From positions 32,001-96,000 of the forward strand of contig JAQBVF010000009.1 in the NCBI GenBank assembly GCA_027623675.1: DNA of 64,000 nt, in the 5' to 3' direction. Position 1 is the first letter of the stretch; each line of letters starts with the position of its first letter. Position numbers and translations under genes: made by a program. Below the pieces are notes generated by a model. The model had not been told where the DNA came from and did not search any database. It saw only the letters and a program-made list of their open reading frames with translations. Shown here piece after piece: positions 20,631-29,410 of this stretch. The DNA comes from Chloroflexota bacterium (lineage in GTDB: Bacteria; Chloroflexota; Dehalococcoidia; Lucifugimonadales; UBA3495).

Positions 20631-20701
20631 TCTCCGAGGAAAGACCAGCGGAGACACACTCCCGGCGAGGTGCCTTGCCCCAAAACTATCATTCAGACGA
20701 G

Positions 20702-20774
20702 TGAGTCATTCCGCGGAAGGAAAGAATCTGCCAATCATCAACTTGGCAGACCCTTCACTACGTTCAGGGTGACA
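20702..20774. repeat. REP-like palindromic repeat
   Basis: TGAGTCATTCCG..GAATCTGCC..GGCAGACCCTTC..CAGGGTGACA; shares TGAGTCATTCCG with the element at 29849-30120. Confidence 0.45.
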
Positions 20775-20857
20775 TCTAAGCAGCACACTTCATGCCCTAA
20801 ACCGTTGCTGTTAGGGCAACGCCCCCGGCGAAGCCGGACCAACCCCGGCCGTGCCGG

Positions 20858-21640
20858 TTATTTTTGCCAGTTGACCTTGTTGGTCAGCGTGCCGATGTCG
20901 TTGATGGAGATGGAGCAGACATCGCCGTCGACCATGTTCTCGGTGGCGCCGTCGGTGCCCATCCACAGCACATCGCCGGGCACCAAGGTCAGGTACTCGC
21001 TCATCTTGCTGATGAAGGTACGCACGCCGAAGATGGCCGTGGCCACATCGTACTCACCCACTATGCGGTCATTAATCTTGATCACCACGTGCAGGTCGTC
21101 GGGGTTCAGATCGGTGACGATCCAGGGGCCCATGGGCTTGAAGGTGTCGGTGTTCTTGGCCCGCCACATGGTGCGGTCGCCCCGCTGCCAGGTGCGCTCA
21201 CTCACGTCGTTGCCGATGCTGTAACCCAGCACGTAGTCCAGCGCCTGGGCTTCGGTGACGTTGCGGCAGGTCTTGCCGATGACCACCACCAGTTCGCCCT
21301 CATACTGGAGCATCTCAGTGGCGTCCTTGGGCACGATGATGTCATGGCCGTCGGGCACCAGGGCGTTGATGGCCCGGTAGCCCACATCAGCCTGCTTGGG
21401 CAGGACCGGCTCTTCACCGCGCATCTGGGCGGCCCAGGTCACGTGTTCCGGATAGTTGATGCCGGCGGCATAGAATGTGGGGGGAATAACCGGCACCTCC
21501 AGCTTCACCGCGTTCAATTTGTGCGACTTGCTGGTTTTCTTGTAGCTGTCGAAGGGGCTTCCTTCAACCGCGGTTACGGTGTCTCCCTCGATTATCCCGT
21601 AGGAGATGGGGCCACCGGTGGAGAATCTGCACCATTTCAT
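20858..21640 (-). CDS. Fumarylacetoacetate hydrolase family protein
   Basis: GINY, YEGELVVVIG, GNDVSER, RAKNTDTF, PGDVLWMGT. Confidence 0.9.
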   Translation of the reverse strand: MKWCRFSTGGPISYGIIEGDTVTAVEGSPFDSYKKTSKSHKLNAVKLEVPVIPPTFYAAGINYPEHVTWAAQMRGEEPVLPKQADVGYRAINALVPDGHDIIVPKDATEMLQYEGELVVVIGKTCRNVTEAQALDYVLGYSIGNDVSERTWQRGDRTMWRAKNTDTFKPMGPWIVTDLNPDDLHVVIKINDRIVGEYDVATAIFGVRTFISKMSEYLTLVPGDVLWMGTDGATENMVDGDVCSISINDIGTLTNKVNWQK

Positions 21641-21763
21641 ATCGTTCACCTCGTTTGTTGGCGATACCCAAGGCCGGTCCATCTCGCTGCCGGGCCGTGA
21701 GTCATGCAGGCCAATTTTACACCGCGCTCCGGCCCGGTCAAGCTGACGCCAACATCCTCTGGT

Positions 21764-21803
21764 TCACGGGTGTCTCACGGATGTCTCACGGATGTCTCAT
21801 GGA
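21764..21803. repeat. 11-bp tandem repeat in a divergent promoter region
   Basis: TCACGGGTGTC TCACGGATGTC TCACGGATGTC TCATGGA. Confidence 0.8.
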
Positions 21804-21896
21804 ACCCGCCGAAAATGGTAGAATCTAGCCCGCCAGACCTCAAATGCTCTGGGCGGCGGGGCCGGCAACGATACTAGAAACCAAGGTGGATGTGCC

Positions 21897-22667
21897 ATGC
21901 GACTGGAAGGAAAGACGGCCCTGATCACCGGCGCCAGCCGGAACATCGGCAAAGAGATTGCGTTGACCTTTGCCCGTGAGGGCGCCGACCTGGTTCTGAA
22001 CACCCGGAACAGCGAAGCCGAACTGGAAGAGGTGGCCAGCGAGTGCCGGGAATTGGGCGTGAAGACCCACACGGTGATCGCCAACGTCGCCGAATCGGCC
22101 AGCGTCACCAAGATGGTGGCAGATGGGATCCAGGCGTTGGGCAAGATCGACATCCTGGTCAATAACGTGGCCGTCCGCCCCCACAAACCCATCTTGGAGA
22201 TAACCGACGAAGAGTGGCACACCACGCTGGGAATCAACCTGCACGCCGCGTTCTACCTGTGCCGGGCAGTGCTGCCCGGCATGATGGAACGGCAGAGCGG
22301 CAGTATCATCGCCCTGGGCGGGCAGTCGGCCATCACCGGCCGCCCCGGAACCAGCATCGTGACCACCGCCAAGACCGGGGTGCTGGGCCTGATTCGCGCC
22401 GTTGCGGCTGAGATGGCACCCTACAACATCCGGGCCAACATGGTGAACCCCGGCTCCACCGACACCTCCCGGGGCAATCCCGAGTGGTATCCCGAGTTCC
22501 AAGCCGGCACCGACCGAGGTTCGTCGGAGCACCTGAAATCCATCCCCATGGGCCGTCAGGCGACCGTGCAAGACATCGCCAACGCCTGCCTGTTCTTCGC
22601 CTCGGACGAGTCGGGCTACATCACCGGGGACAGCGTGAACGTCATGGGCGGCCGCTACATCTTCTAG
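21897..22667 (+). CDS. SDR family oxidoreductase (FabG-like)
   Basis: TGASRNIG, LVNN, NIRANMVNPG, YITG; catalytic YxxxK altered to VTTAK. Confidence 0.88.
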   Translation: MRLEGKTALITGASRNIGKEIALTFAREGADLVLNTRNSEAELEEVASECRELGVKTHTVIANVAESASVTKMVADGIQALGKIDILVNNVAVRPHKPILEITDEEWHTTLGINLHAAFYLCRAVLPGMMERQSGSIIALGGQSAITGRPGTSIVTTAKTGVLGLIRAVAAEMAPYNIRANMVNPGSTDTSRGNPEWYPEFQAGTDRGSSEHLKSIPMGRQATVQDIANACLFFASDESGYITGDSVNVMGGRYIF

Positions 22668-22809
22668 CCAGGCTGAGCCTGGACCCGATTACCTCCGGAG
22701 CCCCATCTCGCTGCGCCGCACCGACAGAAGTCCCCCATTTCGTAAAGTGGGCTAGGGGGATTTTTCCCTGGTAGCGAAATGCCCCCTAGCGCGCCCACCA
22801 ACCCACTAC

Positions 22810-23373
22810 CTAGATGGGCAGCGGCAGCTCCGTCAGGTTGTCGGGAAGGCCCACATCGAAGGCGTTGATGTTGAAGGCCAAGGCCGAGTAGTACCCCATC
22901 AGGTTGGTCAGTTCCACCAAGCCCAGGACGCCGAACTGCGCCTTGGCCGCGTCGAACGTTGCCTGGCTGACCCTGTGAGTGCGGAAGAACTCCCGGCCGT
23001 AGTTGACCACCGCCGACTCCTGGTCCGAAAGCCCCGTCAGTTCCTTCTTGTCGCGGAGATTGTCGACCAACGCGTCGCTCACACCGGCCTTGCGGGCATT
23101 GGCCGAGTGGGCGTTCCAGATGAACTGGCAGTCCAACTCCCGGGCGGTCAGTATCATGGCAAGCTCCCGGACGTTGGCCGGCAGGGTGATCTCATCTCCC
23201 CGGAAGTAGGCCCGGTAGTGCTCGCCGCGGCTGGCCAACTCGGGGCCGTTCAGCATGATGGCCACGGGGCCGATGTCCGGCACCACGCCGCCGCGTGACT
23301 TCACCAATTCGTCAAAGGCGGCCAGTTGGTCTTGTGGCACGCTCTCTCTACTGACTATAGGTATTCTCGACAT
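22810..23373 (-). CDS. Carboxymuconolactone decarboxylase family protein
   Basis: RELAMILTARELDCQFIWNAH..ARKAGV and LVELTNLMGYY. Confidence 0.85.
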   Translation of the reverse strand: MSRIPIVSRESVPQDQLAAFDELVKSRGGVVPDIGPVAIMLNGPELASRGEHYRAYFRGDEITLPANVRELAMILTARELDCQFIWNAHSANARKAGVSDALVDNLRDKKELTGLSDQESAVVNYGREFFRTHRVSQATFDAAKAQFGVLGLVELTNLMGYYSALAFNINAFDVGLPDNLTELPLPI

Positions 23374-23494
23374 TTGATCCTCCCGATCTTCACATTCCTG
23401 ATACCCGCCAACGTCGGGCGGGCACCACATGATACAACAGCCCGCCGGCGTCCGGTGTGACAAGCGATCCGGAACTAAAGTAACCTTGTCCATT

Positions 23495-25012
23495 ATGTCT
23501 TCGACCGACCTGGACCATGCCGGCGGCACCTCCCTGACCCGCAGCCCAAACTACAAGTATTGGGTCTTTGGGGCCTTGGCCATCGGCACGTTCGCATCGG
23601 TGGTGGACCACGGCAGCGTCAACGTGGCCCTGCCGACCATCGCCACCAGATTCCAGACCGACCTGCCGACCATCCAATGGGTGGTCATAACCTACGCCCT
23701 CACCATCAGCGCGCTGCTGCTGCCCATGGGGCGTCTCTCGGACCTTATCGGCCGCCGTAAGGTGTACATCGCAGGAATGGCGGTGTTGGCCATCGGAGCG
23801 GCATTGGCCGGGCTGTCACCCAACCTGGAGATGCTGTTCCCGGCCCGGGTGCTGCAGGGCGTGGGCGCCGCCATGACCCAGGGCACGGGCATGGCCATCA
23901 TCACATCAGCATTCCCGCCCAACGAGAAAGGCCGGGCCATCGGACTGATCATGACCATGGTGGGGGTGGGCGCGGTTGCCGGTCCGGCCATCGGGGGGCT
24001 GGCCGTCGACGCCTTTGGCTGGCGCGCGGTGTTCTTCCTGACCATCCCCTTGGAGGTCATCGGCGTGGCCGTCACTCTGTGGGTGATGCGCGGCTGGGCG
24101 GACGTTCGGGAATCCGGGAGAGCCCGGTTCGACTGGTTGGGAGCCACACTGTCGGCGGGGATATTGGTGGCCTTGCTGATCACCATGACCACCGGCAACA
24201 AGACCGGCTGGTTTTCGCCGGTCATCCTGGCCGCCTTCGCCGGGTCCGCCGCCATGCTCGCCACCTTCATATGGTGGGAATTGCACACCACCGCCCCAAT
24301 GTTGGACCTGCGGCTATTCAAGGGCGTAACTTTCTCGCTGGGCGTGTCGGCGGCTTTCCTGACGTTCCTGGGGTCGTCGGCGGTCCTATTCCTGATGCCC
24401 TTCTATCTGCAGAACGTGTTGGGCTACAGCGCCAAGACCGCCGGCTTTGTCGTGGTGCCCGGAGCGTTATGCATGGCGGTGCTGGGGTCGGTCAGCGGGG
24501 TGCTCTCCGACCGGTTCGGGTGGCGTCCATTCACGGTGGGTGGCCTGGCGTCTTCGGCCACCGGACTTATCATCCTGTCGCGGGTCACCGAGACATCGCC
24601 GCTATGGATGGTGGTGCCGGCGCTGATGCTGATGAACAGCGGCATGGGAACCTTCTATTCGCCCAACTCCAGTTCGGTGATGAACTCGGTCAGTCCCGAC
24701 AAGTACGGCGTGGTGTCCGGGTTCTTGAACCTGGTGCGAAACGCCGCCAACGTCACCAGCATCGCCGTCGCCACCATCATCGTCACCGCCACCATGGGTT
24801 CATTGGGCTTCGAGCCAAGCTTGGAAGCGGTCCGGGGCGGCAGCGAGGGGGTTGGCCACGCATTTACCGTGGGACTCCGCTACGCCTTCTTGGTGATGAT
24901 GGGGATGGTTCTCTCAGCCATGACCATCTCCGCCCTGCAACGGGGACGCTCCGGAGAGGAGGCCGCTGACCCGGCGGCCGACGCCCTGGGAAGGTCCCAG
25001 GCCGACGATTAA
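23495..25012 (+). CDS. DHA2 (EmrB/QacA-like) MFS efflux transporter
   Basis: VNVALPTI, QWVVITY, GRLSDLIGRR, GPAIGG motifs; about 14 TM segments. Confidence 0.9.
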   Translation: MSSTDLDHAGGTSLTRSPNYKYWVFGALAIGTFASVVDHGSVNVALPTIATRFQTDLPTIQWVVITYALTISALLLPMGRLSDLIGRRKVYIAGMAVLAIGAALAGLSPNLEMLFPARVLQGVGAAMTQGTGMAIITSAFPPNEKGRAIGLIMTMVGVGAVAGPAIGGLAVDAFGWRAVFFLTIPLEVIGVAVTLWVMRGWADVRESGRARFDWLGATLSAGILVALLITMTTGNKTGWFSPVILAAFAGSAAMLATFIWWELHTTAPMLDLRLFKGVTFSLGVSAAFLTFLGSSAVLFLMPFYLQNVLGYSAKTAGFVVVPGALCMAVLGSVSGVLSDRFGWRPFTVGGLASSATGLIILSRVTETSPLWMVVPALMLMNSGMGTFYSPNSSSVMNSVSPDKYGVVSGFLNLVRNAANVTSIAVATIIVTATMGSLGFEPSLEAVRGGSEGVGHAFTVGLRYAFLVMMGMVLSAMTISALQRGRSGEEAADPAADALGRSQADD

Positions 25013-25028
25013 CCGGCTGACAGTCAGC

Positions 25029-25364
25029 CTATAGAGGACTTTGTCCCAGCAATCCCGCGAACCGCAGGCCCCACAAGACTCCAGCCAGTCCCGTGGACAG
25101 TATCAACGTGACGGTCGCCCGGTTCTTCCACGCCGACCCCCACCAGCTGCCATGAGACTGCGCCAGCCACCAGCCCCGCGCCAACATGAGCACGGTTAAA
25201 GCCAAGAAAGGCCAGGTCATCACCCGCAACGCGGGCGCCAAGGCCAACCCGGCCGACGTTCCCCCCAGAACACCGAGCAGGCCCGGGACCACTCATCACC
25301 AAGGAAGCGGCAACAGTCCACTGAGCAGGCTTACGAACGGCTTTTCCAACGCAAATAGTTTCAT
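25029..25364 (-). CDS. MerT-like mercury transport membrane protein, putative selenoprotein with tandem UU
   Basis: ATG at 25364 with a purine-rich RBS reads MKLFALEKPFVSLLSGLLPLPW-TGA-TGA-VVPGLLGVLGG.. in frame with the track ORF; TGAs at 25293-25298 sit where MerT has CC (CCLGPLVL); hairpin at 25254-25275; downstream of merA. Confidence 0.7.
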
Positions 25365-25503
25365 TGTTTCCCCAACTCTCTCGTCAGATATCTGCCACGC
25401 ACTACGGCTGCTCCGGGTGAGTAAACTCAAGGGCAGCGGTGGAACGGCCAGTCAGATCAGATTTTCCCAAGGCCCGCTGTCTGAAACTCAAGCGCAGGGT
25501 CAC

Positions 25504-26940
25504 CTACTCGACGCAGCAACTCATCTGAGACACATCCCGCGTGAAGGCTTGCGCCGCTCGCTTTATACCCTCGCTCAGGGTCGGAAATACGTGGACGGTA
25601 TCGATTATGTCGTCGATGGTCAGGCTGAATTTCACCGCCATAGTGGCTTCGTGAATCAGGTCCGCGGCATGGGGCGCGACGATGTGAACGCCAAGCACCT
25701 TGGAGTTACTTGGATCGATGACCATCTTGAAAACGCCACGGTCATCCTTGGTGGCCTCTGCCTTTGGGACCGCGTCCATGTAGATGGTGCGGCAAGCGCA
25801 GGCTTTGGTCCTGCGCATCAGCTCCTCTTCAGTGATGCCAACCGACCCCACCTCAGGGTCCGTGAAAACGGCATGGGGCACTTCGTCATAGTTGATGCTC
25901 CTACGCGCGGAAGTCAGCGCATTGTCCGCGGCCAACGCCCCTTCTTTGGCCGCGACCGTCTCCAACGCCATCTTTCCGACACAGTCGCCGGCGGCGAAGA
26001 CGTCCGGGTTATCGGTCTGGTAATACTCGTCGACCTGGATGAAACCGTTTCCGTTGGCTTTCACACCGGCTTTCTCCAGCTGTAACGCGCCGGTATTGGC
26101 CTGGATGCCCGCGGCCAGCAGCAATTGGTCCGCCTCCAGGTCGGTTGCCGTTGTAACAAGACTTCGGTTCCGTTGGACCCCGCTGCCGCCCCGGACCGTG
26201 ACGATCTTCCTGCCGTTCCGTTCAGCCACCTTGTCCACCGTTACACCCACGTGAAACTCGATCCCCTCGTTCTCCAGGTTGCGTTGTAGTTCGGCGGCTA
26301 CCTCCGGCTCCTCACGGGGCAGAATTCGGTCCATGGCCTCCACCACGGTTACCTTCGTGCCAAAGCGAGCGAACATCTGGGCGAATTCCAATCCCAAGGG
26401 CCCGCCGCCAATAACGATCATTGATTCAGGCAGTTCTTGAAGCGCGAGCGCCGAGACGTTGTTCAGCCAGCGAACTTGGTCGATGCCGTCGATCGGCAGA
26501 ACCCTAGTGGAAGACCCGGTGGCGATGATTATCTTCTCCGCTTCGTAGGTCTGACCGCCGGCTTCCACGGCATTCGGCCCAACGAAACTGGCCACAGCCT
26601 CTAGCAGGGTAACCGTATCCAGGCCATCCAGAACGTTGCGGTAATTCCTCTGCCGCAAAGCGCCCACAAGCTCATCCTTTTCTTGGATGGCGGTCTTAAA
26701 ATCGAAATCGGGGCGGCGCCCATTGGAGATAGAGTTGAAATTTGAGTGGGAGCTGTAAAAAAGGTCATTGCCCACGCTGAGCAGGTGTTTACTGGGAACA
26801 CAGCCAACGTTGACGCAGGTGCCGCCCAGGGGCAGGCCGCTGTTGATCATGAGCGCGCTCTTGCCAAGATCCGCCGCTTTGGTCGCCGCTGCGAAGGCCG
26901 CCGCTCCGCCTCCGATGATTATCAGGTCAAGCTTATCCAT
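25504..26940 (-). CDS. merA: Mercury(II) reductase, core enzyme without NmerA domain
   Basis: [13 protein letters not shown] redox centre, HVFPTLSE and C-terminal MSCCVE Cys pair; in a MerR operon. Confidence 0.9.
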   Translation of the reverse strand: MDKLDLIIIGGGAAAFAAATKAADLGKSALMINSGLPLGGTCVNVGCVPSKHLLSVGNDLFYSSHSNFNSISNGRRPDFDFKTAIQEKDELVGALRQRNYRNVLDGLDTVTLLEAVASFVGPNAVEAGGQTYEAEKIIIATGSSTRVLPIDGIDQVRWLNNVSALALQELPESMIVIGGGPLGLEFAQMFARFGTKVTVVEAMDRILPREEPEVAAELQRNLENEGIEFHVGVTVDKVAERNGRKIVTVRGGSGVQRNRSLVTTATDLEADQLLLAAGIQANTGALQLEKAGVKANGNGFIQVDEYYQTDNPDVFAAGDCVGKMALETVAAKEGALAADNALTSARRSINYDEVPHAVFTDPEVGSVGITEEELMRRTKACACRTIYMDAVPKAEATKDDRGVFKMVIDPSNSKVLGVHIVAPHAADLIHEATMAVKFSLTIDDIIDTVHVFPTLSEGIKRAAQAFTRDVSQMSCCVE

Positions 26941-27147
26941 GGTCGCCTCTCAGTTATTGTTGTTTTAATCAGGTTAGTTTGGCTTTTGACGAGGGGACAT
27001 TTAGCTCAAGGATGAACACATCCTAAGTGCGCTATTGAAGACTCGAGGCATACCCTCTCTCCACGAGTTGCTTCAGCAATGTTTCGGCGTTACTGGACCG
27101 AAACTTTCCCCCACTGTCTGGATTCCGATAAACGATCGAGGCCTTGA

Positions 27148-27672
27148 TCACAGCGTCCGTTCAATCTCGGTCTTCAAAACGTCGTACGACGTAGCGCCGC
27201 CGTCACGGTAGGAGACGAGTCCATTTCGATCCAGGATTATGGTCGTGCCCAGGCTCGTCACTCCGAACTCCTTGACCAACCGGCCGCCGGTATCGTTTGC
27301 CCAGGTCACATCTTCAGCCCCCTTGCTATGCCAGTAATCGCGCCATTCCTCCACGGAGACCCAGGCGGCGGTATTGATGGCCAGAACCTGGACTCCCTGG
27401 GACTGAAATTCCCGTTGCGCCCGCCCTAAGGCTGGAGCCTCCAGCCCGCAGGTGGGTCAACCGGGAAACGAGAAGTAAAGGACCACGGTTTTACCCAGGT
27501 AGTCGTCCATCGCCAAGGAGACTGCTGGAACAGCTCCGCCGGGTCCGTCGGCGGCCGGAGGGCCGGAATCGTTCGCCCCTGAGACGGCCGTGTTGCCTCC
27601 GCAGCCGGCCAGCGCGGCGGTCAATGCCAACATGATCAGAAAAGCGAGCGCCCTGGGGTAGGTTGATCTCAA
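27148..27672 (-). CDS. TlpA/thioredoxin-fold lipoprotein, putative selenoprotein (UPTC)
   Basis: Two track ORFs join in frame through TGA at 27457-27459: LAGC lipobox..GKTVVLYFSFPG-U-PTCGLEAPAL..GVQVLAIN..FGVTSLGTTIILDRNG; hairpin at 27430-27446. Confidence 0.85.
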
Positions 27673-27687
27673 ATCAGCTCCGGAGGG

Positions 27688-27852
27688 TCAACTTGGAATA
27701 TGGTGGTCAAGCGAAGCGGTCGATCCTGGTACCGGGTCTGGTGTTTCGGGTGGCCCGCTTGGGGACCGGCGGAACACCATGGCGCCCAGCCCGATCATGG
27801 CCGGGATCAAGATACAGCAGATAACCGGAAATGCGGCCAGGAAAGCTCCCAC
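27688..27852 (-). CDS. Small membrane protein with CC motif (54 aa)
   Basis: GTG start after AGGT; MGAFLAAFPVICCILIPAMIGLGAMVFRR..; within the mer operon and below the ORF-track cutoff. Confidence 0.55.
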   Translation of the reverse strand: MGAFLAAFPVICCILIPAMIGLGAMVFRRSPSGPPETPDPVPGSTASLDHHIPS

Positions 27853-27940
27853 GATTACCTGCTTCGCCTTTCAGAAGTAGTCCATGAAACCGACCGCGGC
27901 TTTTGGCTCCGGTAGAACGCCAATTTCGGTGGTGCGGCCA

Positions 27941-28177
27941 CTATTCAGCCAGCAATTTTTCGAAGCGGGCGCGGTCAAATCCCACCACGACCTCGCCGTC
28001 GATCACGGTAACCGGGGTGGTCAACACACCCAGCTTCATCAACTCGTCCATTGCGGACTTGTCGTTCATGACATCCCGTTCCACAAAAGGAACATCCCGT
28101 TGCAAAAGATAATCTTTTGCCATCTCACAGAAGTGTCAACCGTCGGGTTGGGTGTAAACGAATATCTCGCGTGTCAT
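27941..28177 (-). CDS. Glutaredoxin/NrdH-like protein, putative selenoprotein (UHFC)
   Basis: AAGGAG RBS and ATG at 28177: MTREIFVYTQPDG-U-HFCEMAKDYL..TTPVTVIDGEVVVGFD; TGA at 28136-28138; hairpin at 28102-28120. Confidence 0.88.
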
Positions 28178-28227
28178 GAACTCTCCTTACTAAACTGATG
28201 GCTGGCTAAACACCTGAGCGTGGCGTA

Positions 28228-28671
28228 CTACCGAGGACGTTTGACGGCTGGGGCGGTCCGACGGTGTGCGACGTCGCTCTGTTCGATTATCGAGCAGATC
28301 TCCCCTCCCTCGGTCTTGCAGTCGACCAGGCCGATCGAGTGCTCTCTTAGCTCGACCAGGTCGCCTTTGAGGGCTTTCAGGTCTTCTATTGATGCCTCAA
28401 CATCCGATATCTTTTGGTCCAACAGGTCGCGGACGTGGATGCACGTCGCTTCTTTCGCGTCATGCAATCGAAAGATTCCCCGAATCTCATTCAAAGAGAA
28501 CCCCAATCGCTTCGCTTTAAGGATGAATTCCAGCCTACTCAACGACTCCCCATCGTACGAACGGTAGCCCCCAGTTGTCCTTGGGGGCTCCGGCATCAGG
28601 CCTTCGGCCTCATAGAACCTGATGGTCTTGGTGTTCGTGCCGGTGGCGCGGGCCAATTCGCCAATCTTCAC
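28228..28671 (-). CDS. merR: MerR family heavy-metal-responsive regulator
   Basis: IGELARATG..TIRFYE..GYRSY HTH; Cys in EATC plus C-X7-C (DCKTEGGEIC), the three-Cys arrangement of divalent-metal MerR sensors. Confidence 0.85.
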   Translation of the reverse strand: MKIGELARATGTNTKTIRFYEAEGLMPEPPRTTGGYRSYDGESLSRLEFILKAKRLGFSLNEIRGIFRLHDAKEATCIHVRDLLDQKISDVEASIEDLKALKGDLVELREHSIGLVDCKTEGGEICSIIEQSDVAHRRTAPAVKRPR

Positions 28672-28700
28672 TGATCGCTCCTGGATAGCTGCTGAATCCG

Positions 28701-28732
28701 ATTCTAAACCTTCCAGTATACTGGAATGTCAA
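28701..28732 (-). promoter_or_regulatory. MerR-type promoter/operator
   Basis: TTGACA-20 bp-TAGAAT; the spacer holds the perfect palindrome TTCCAGTATACTGGAA (28711-28726). Confidence 0.9.
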
Positions 28733-29036
28733 GCAGCATTATAAGCTATACCGGTACGGGGTTATTTGTTGTAAACAATGTCCGGGTCATCAGATTTGCC
28801 AGGCCCAACAGTTAGACCTCCGGCTGATTGTCCCTTTGATGATTGATGCACTCGGCGGCCGTCCTCGCCGGCATGGTCTGGCCTCCGTTGACCGAGTGCG
28901 CGATTCCGGGTGGTCGACTCCGGCGGTGGGATCCAACCAAGGGCTGCCACAACCTCGTTGCCCCGGACCGCCAAAGGCGTTAACATTCGCCTGCTGAGGC
29001 TTGGAACTCGCGGCAAGCGATAAAAGGAGAATCAAA

Positions 29037-29354
29037 ATGTACGTGGTAATCGTGCCCATACAGATCATGGAAGGACACCGGGACGAGTTCCTGGAAGCAC
29101 TGATGGTAGACGCCAAAGGGGCCAACAACGACGAGCCGGGGTGCCTGCGGTTCGACGCGGTCCAAGACGCCGAAGACGACCACCGCATCTGGCTGTATGA
29201 GGTATACAAGGACGAAGACGCCTTCAAGGCCCACCTGGCGGCCCCCCATTTCGCCGTGTTCAAAGAGGCCGCCGACAAATGGCGGGTAGAAGGCATCCAG
29301 GGTTCCGCGCGGGGCAGCAAGAACCTTTGGCCCACCGACGCCGACTGGCGGTAG
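29037..29354 (+). CDS. Antibiotic biosynthesis monooxygenase (LsrG/YgiN-like)
   Basis: EPGCLRFD, LYEVY..AFKAHLAAPHF; AAGGAG RBS. Confidence 0.88.
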   Translation: MYVVIVPIQIMEGHRDEFLEALMVDAKGANNDEPGCLRFDAVQDAEDDHRIWLYEVYKDEDAFKAHLAAPHFAVFKEAADKWRVEGIQGSARGSKNLWPTDADWR

Positions 29355-29410
29355 CGGTACGGGAGTGATGTCCAGCAGCATCAAGATTGAGACGAATCTG
29401 GAGGATAGCC

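Noticed and set aside
25015..28760. mer cluster as an intact transposon or integrative element
   Set aside because: No transposase, resolvase, integrase, terminal inverted repeats or target duplication seen
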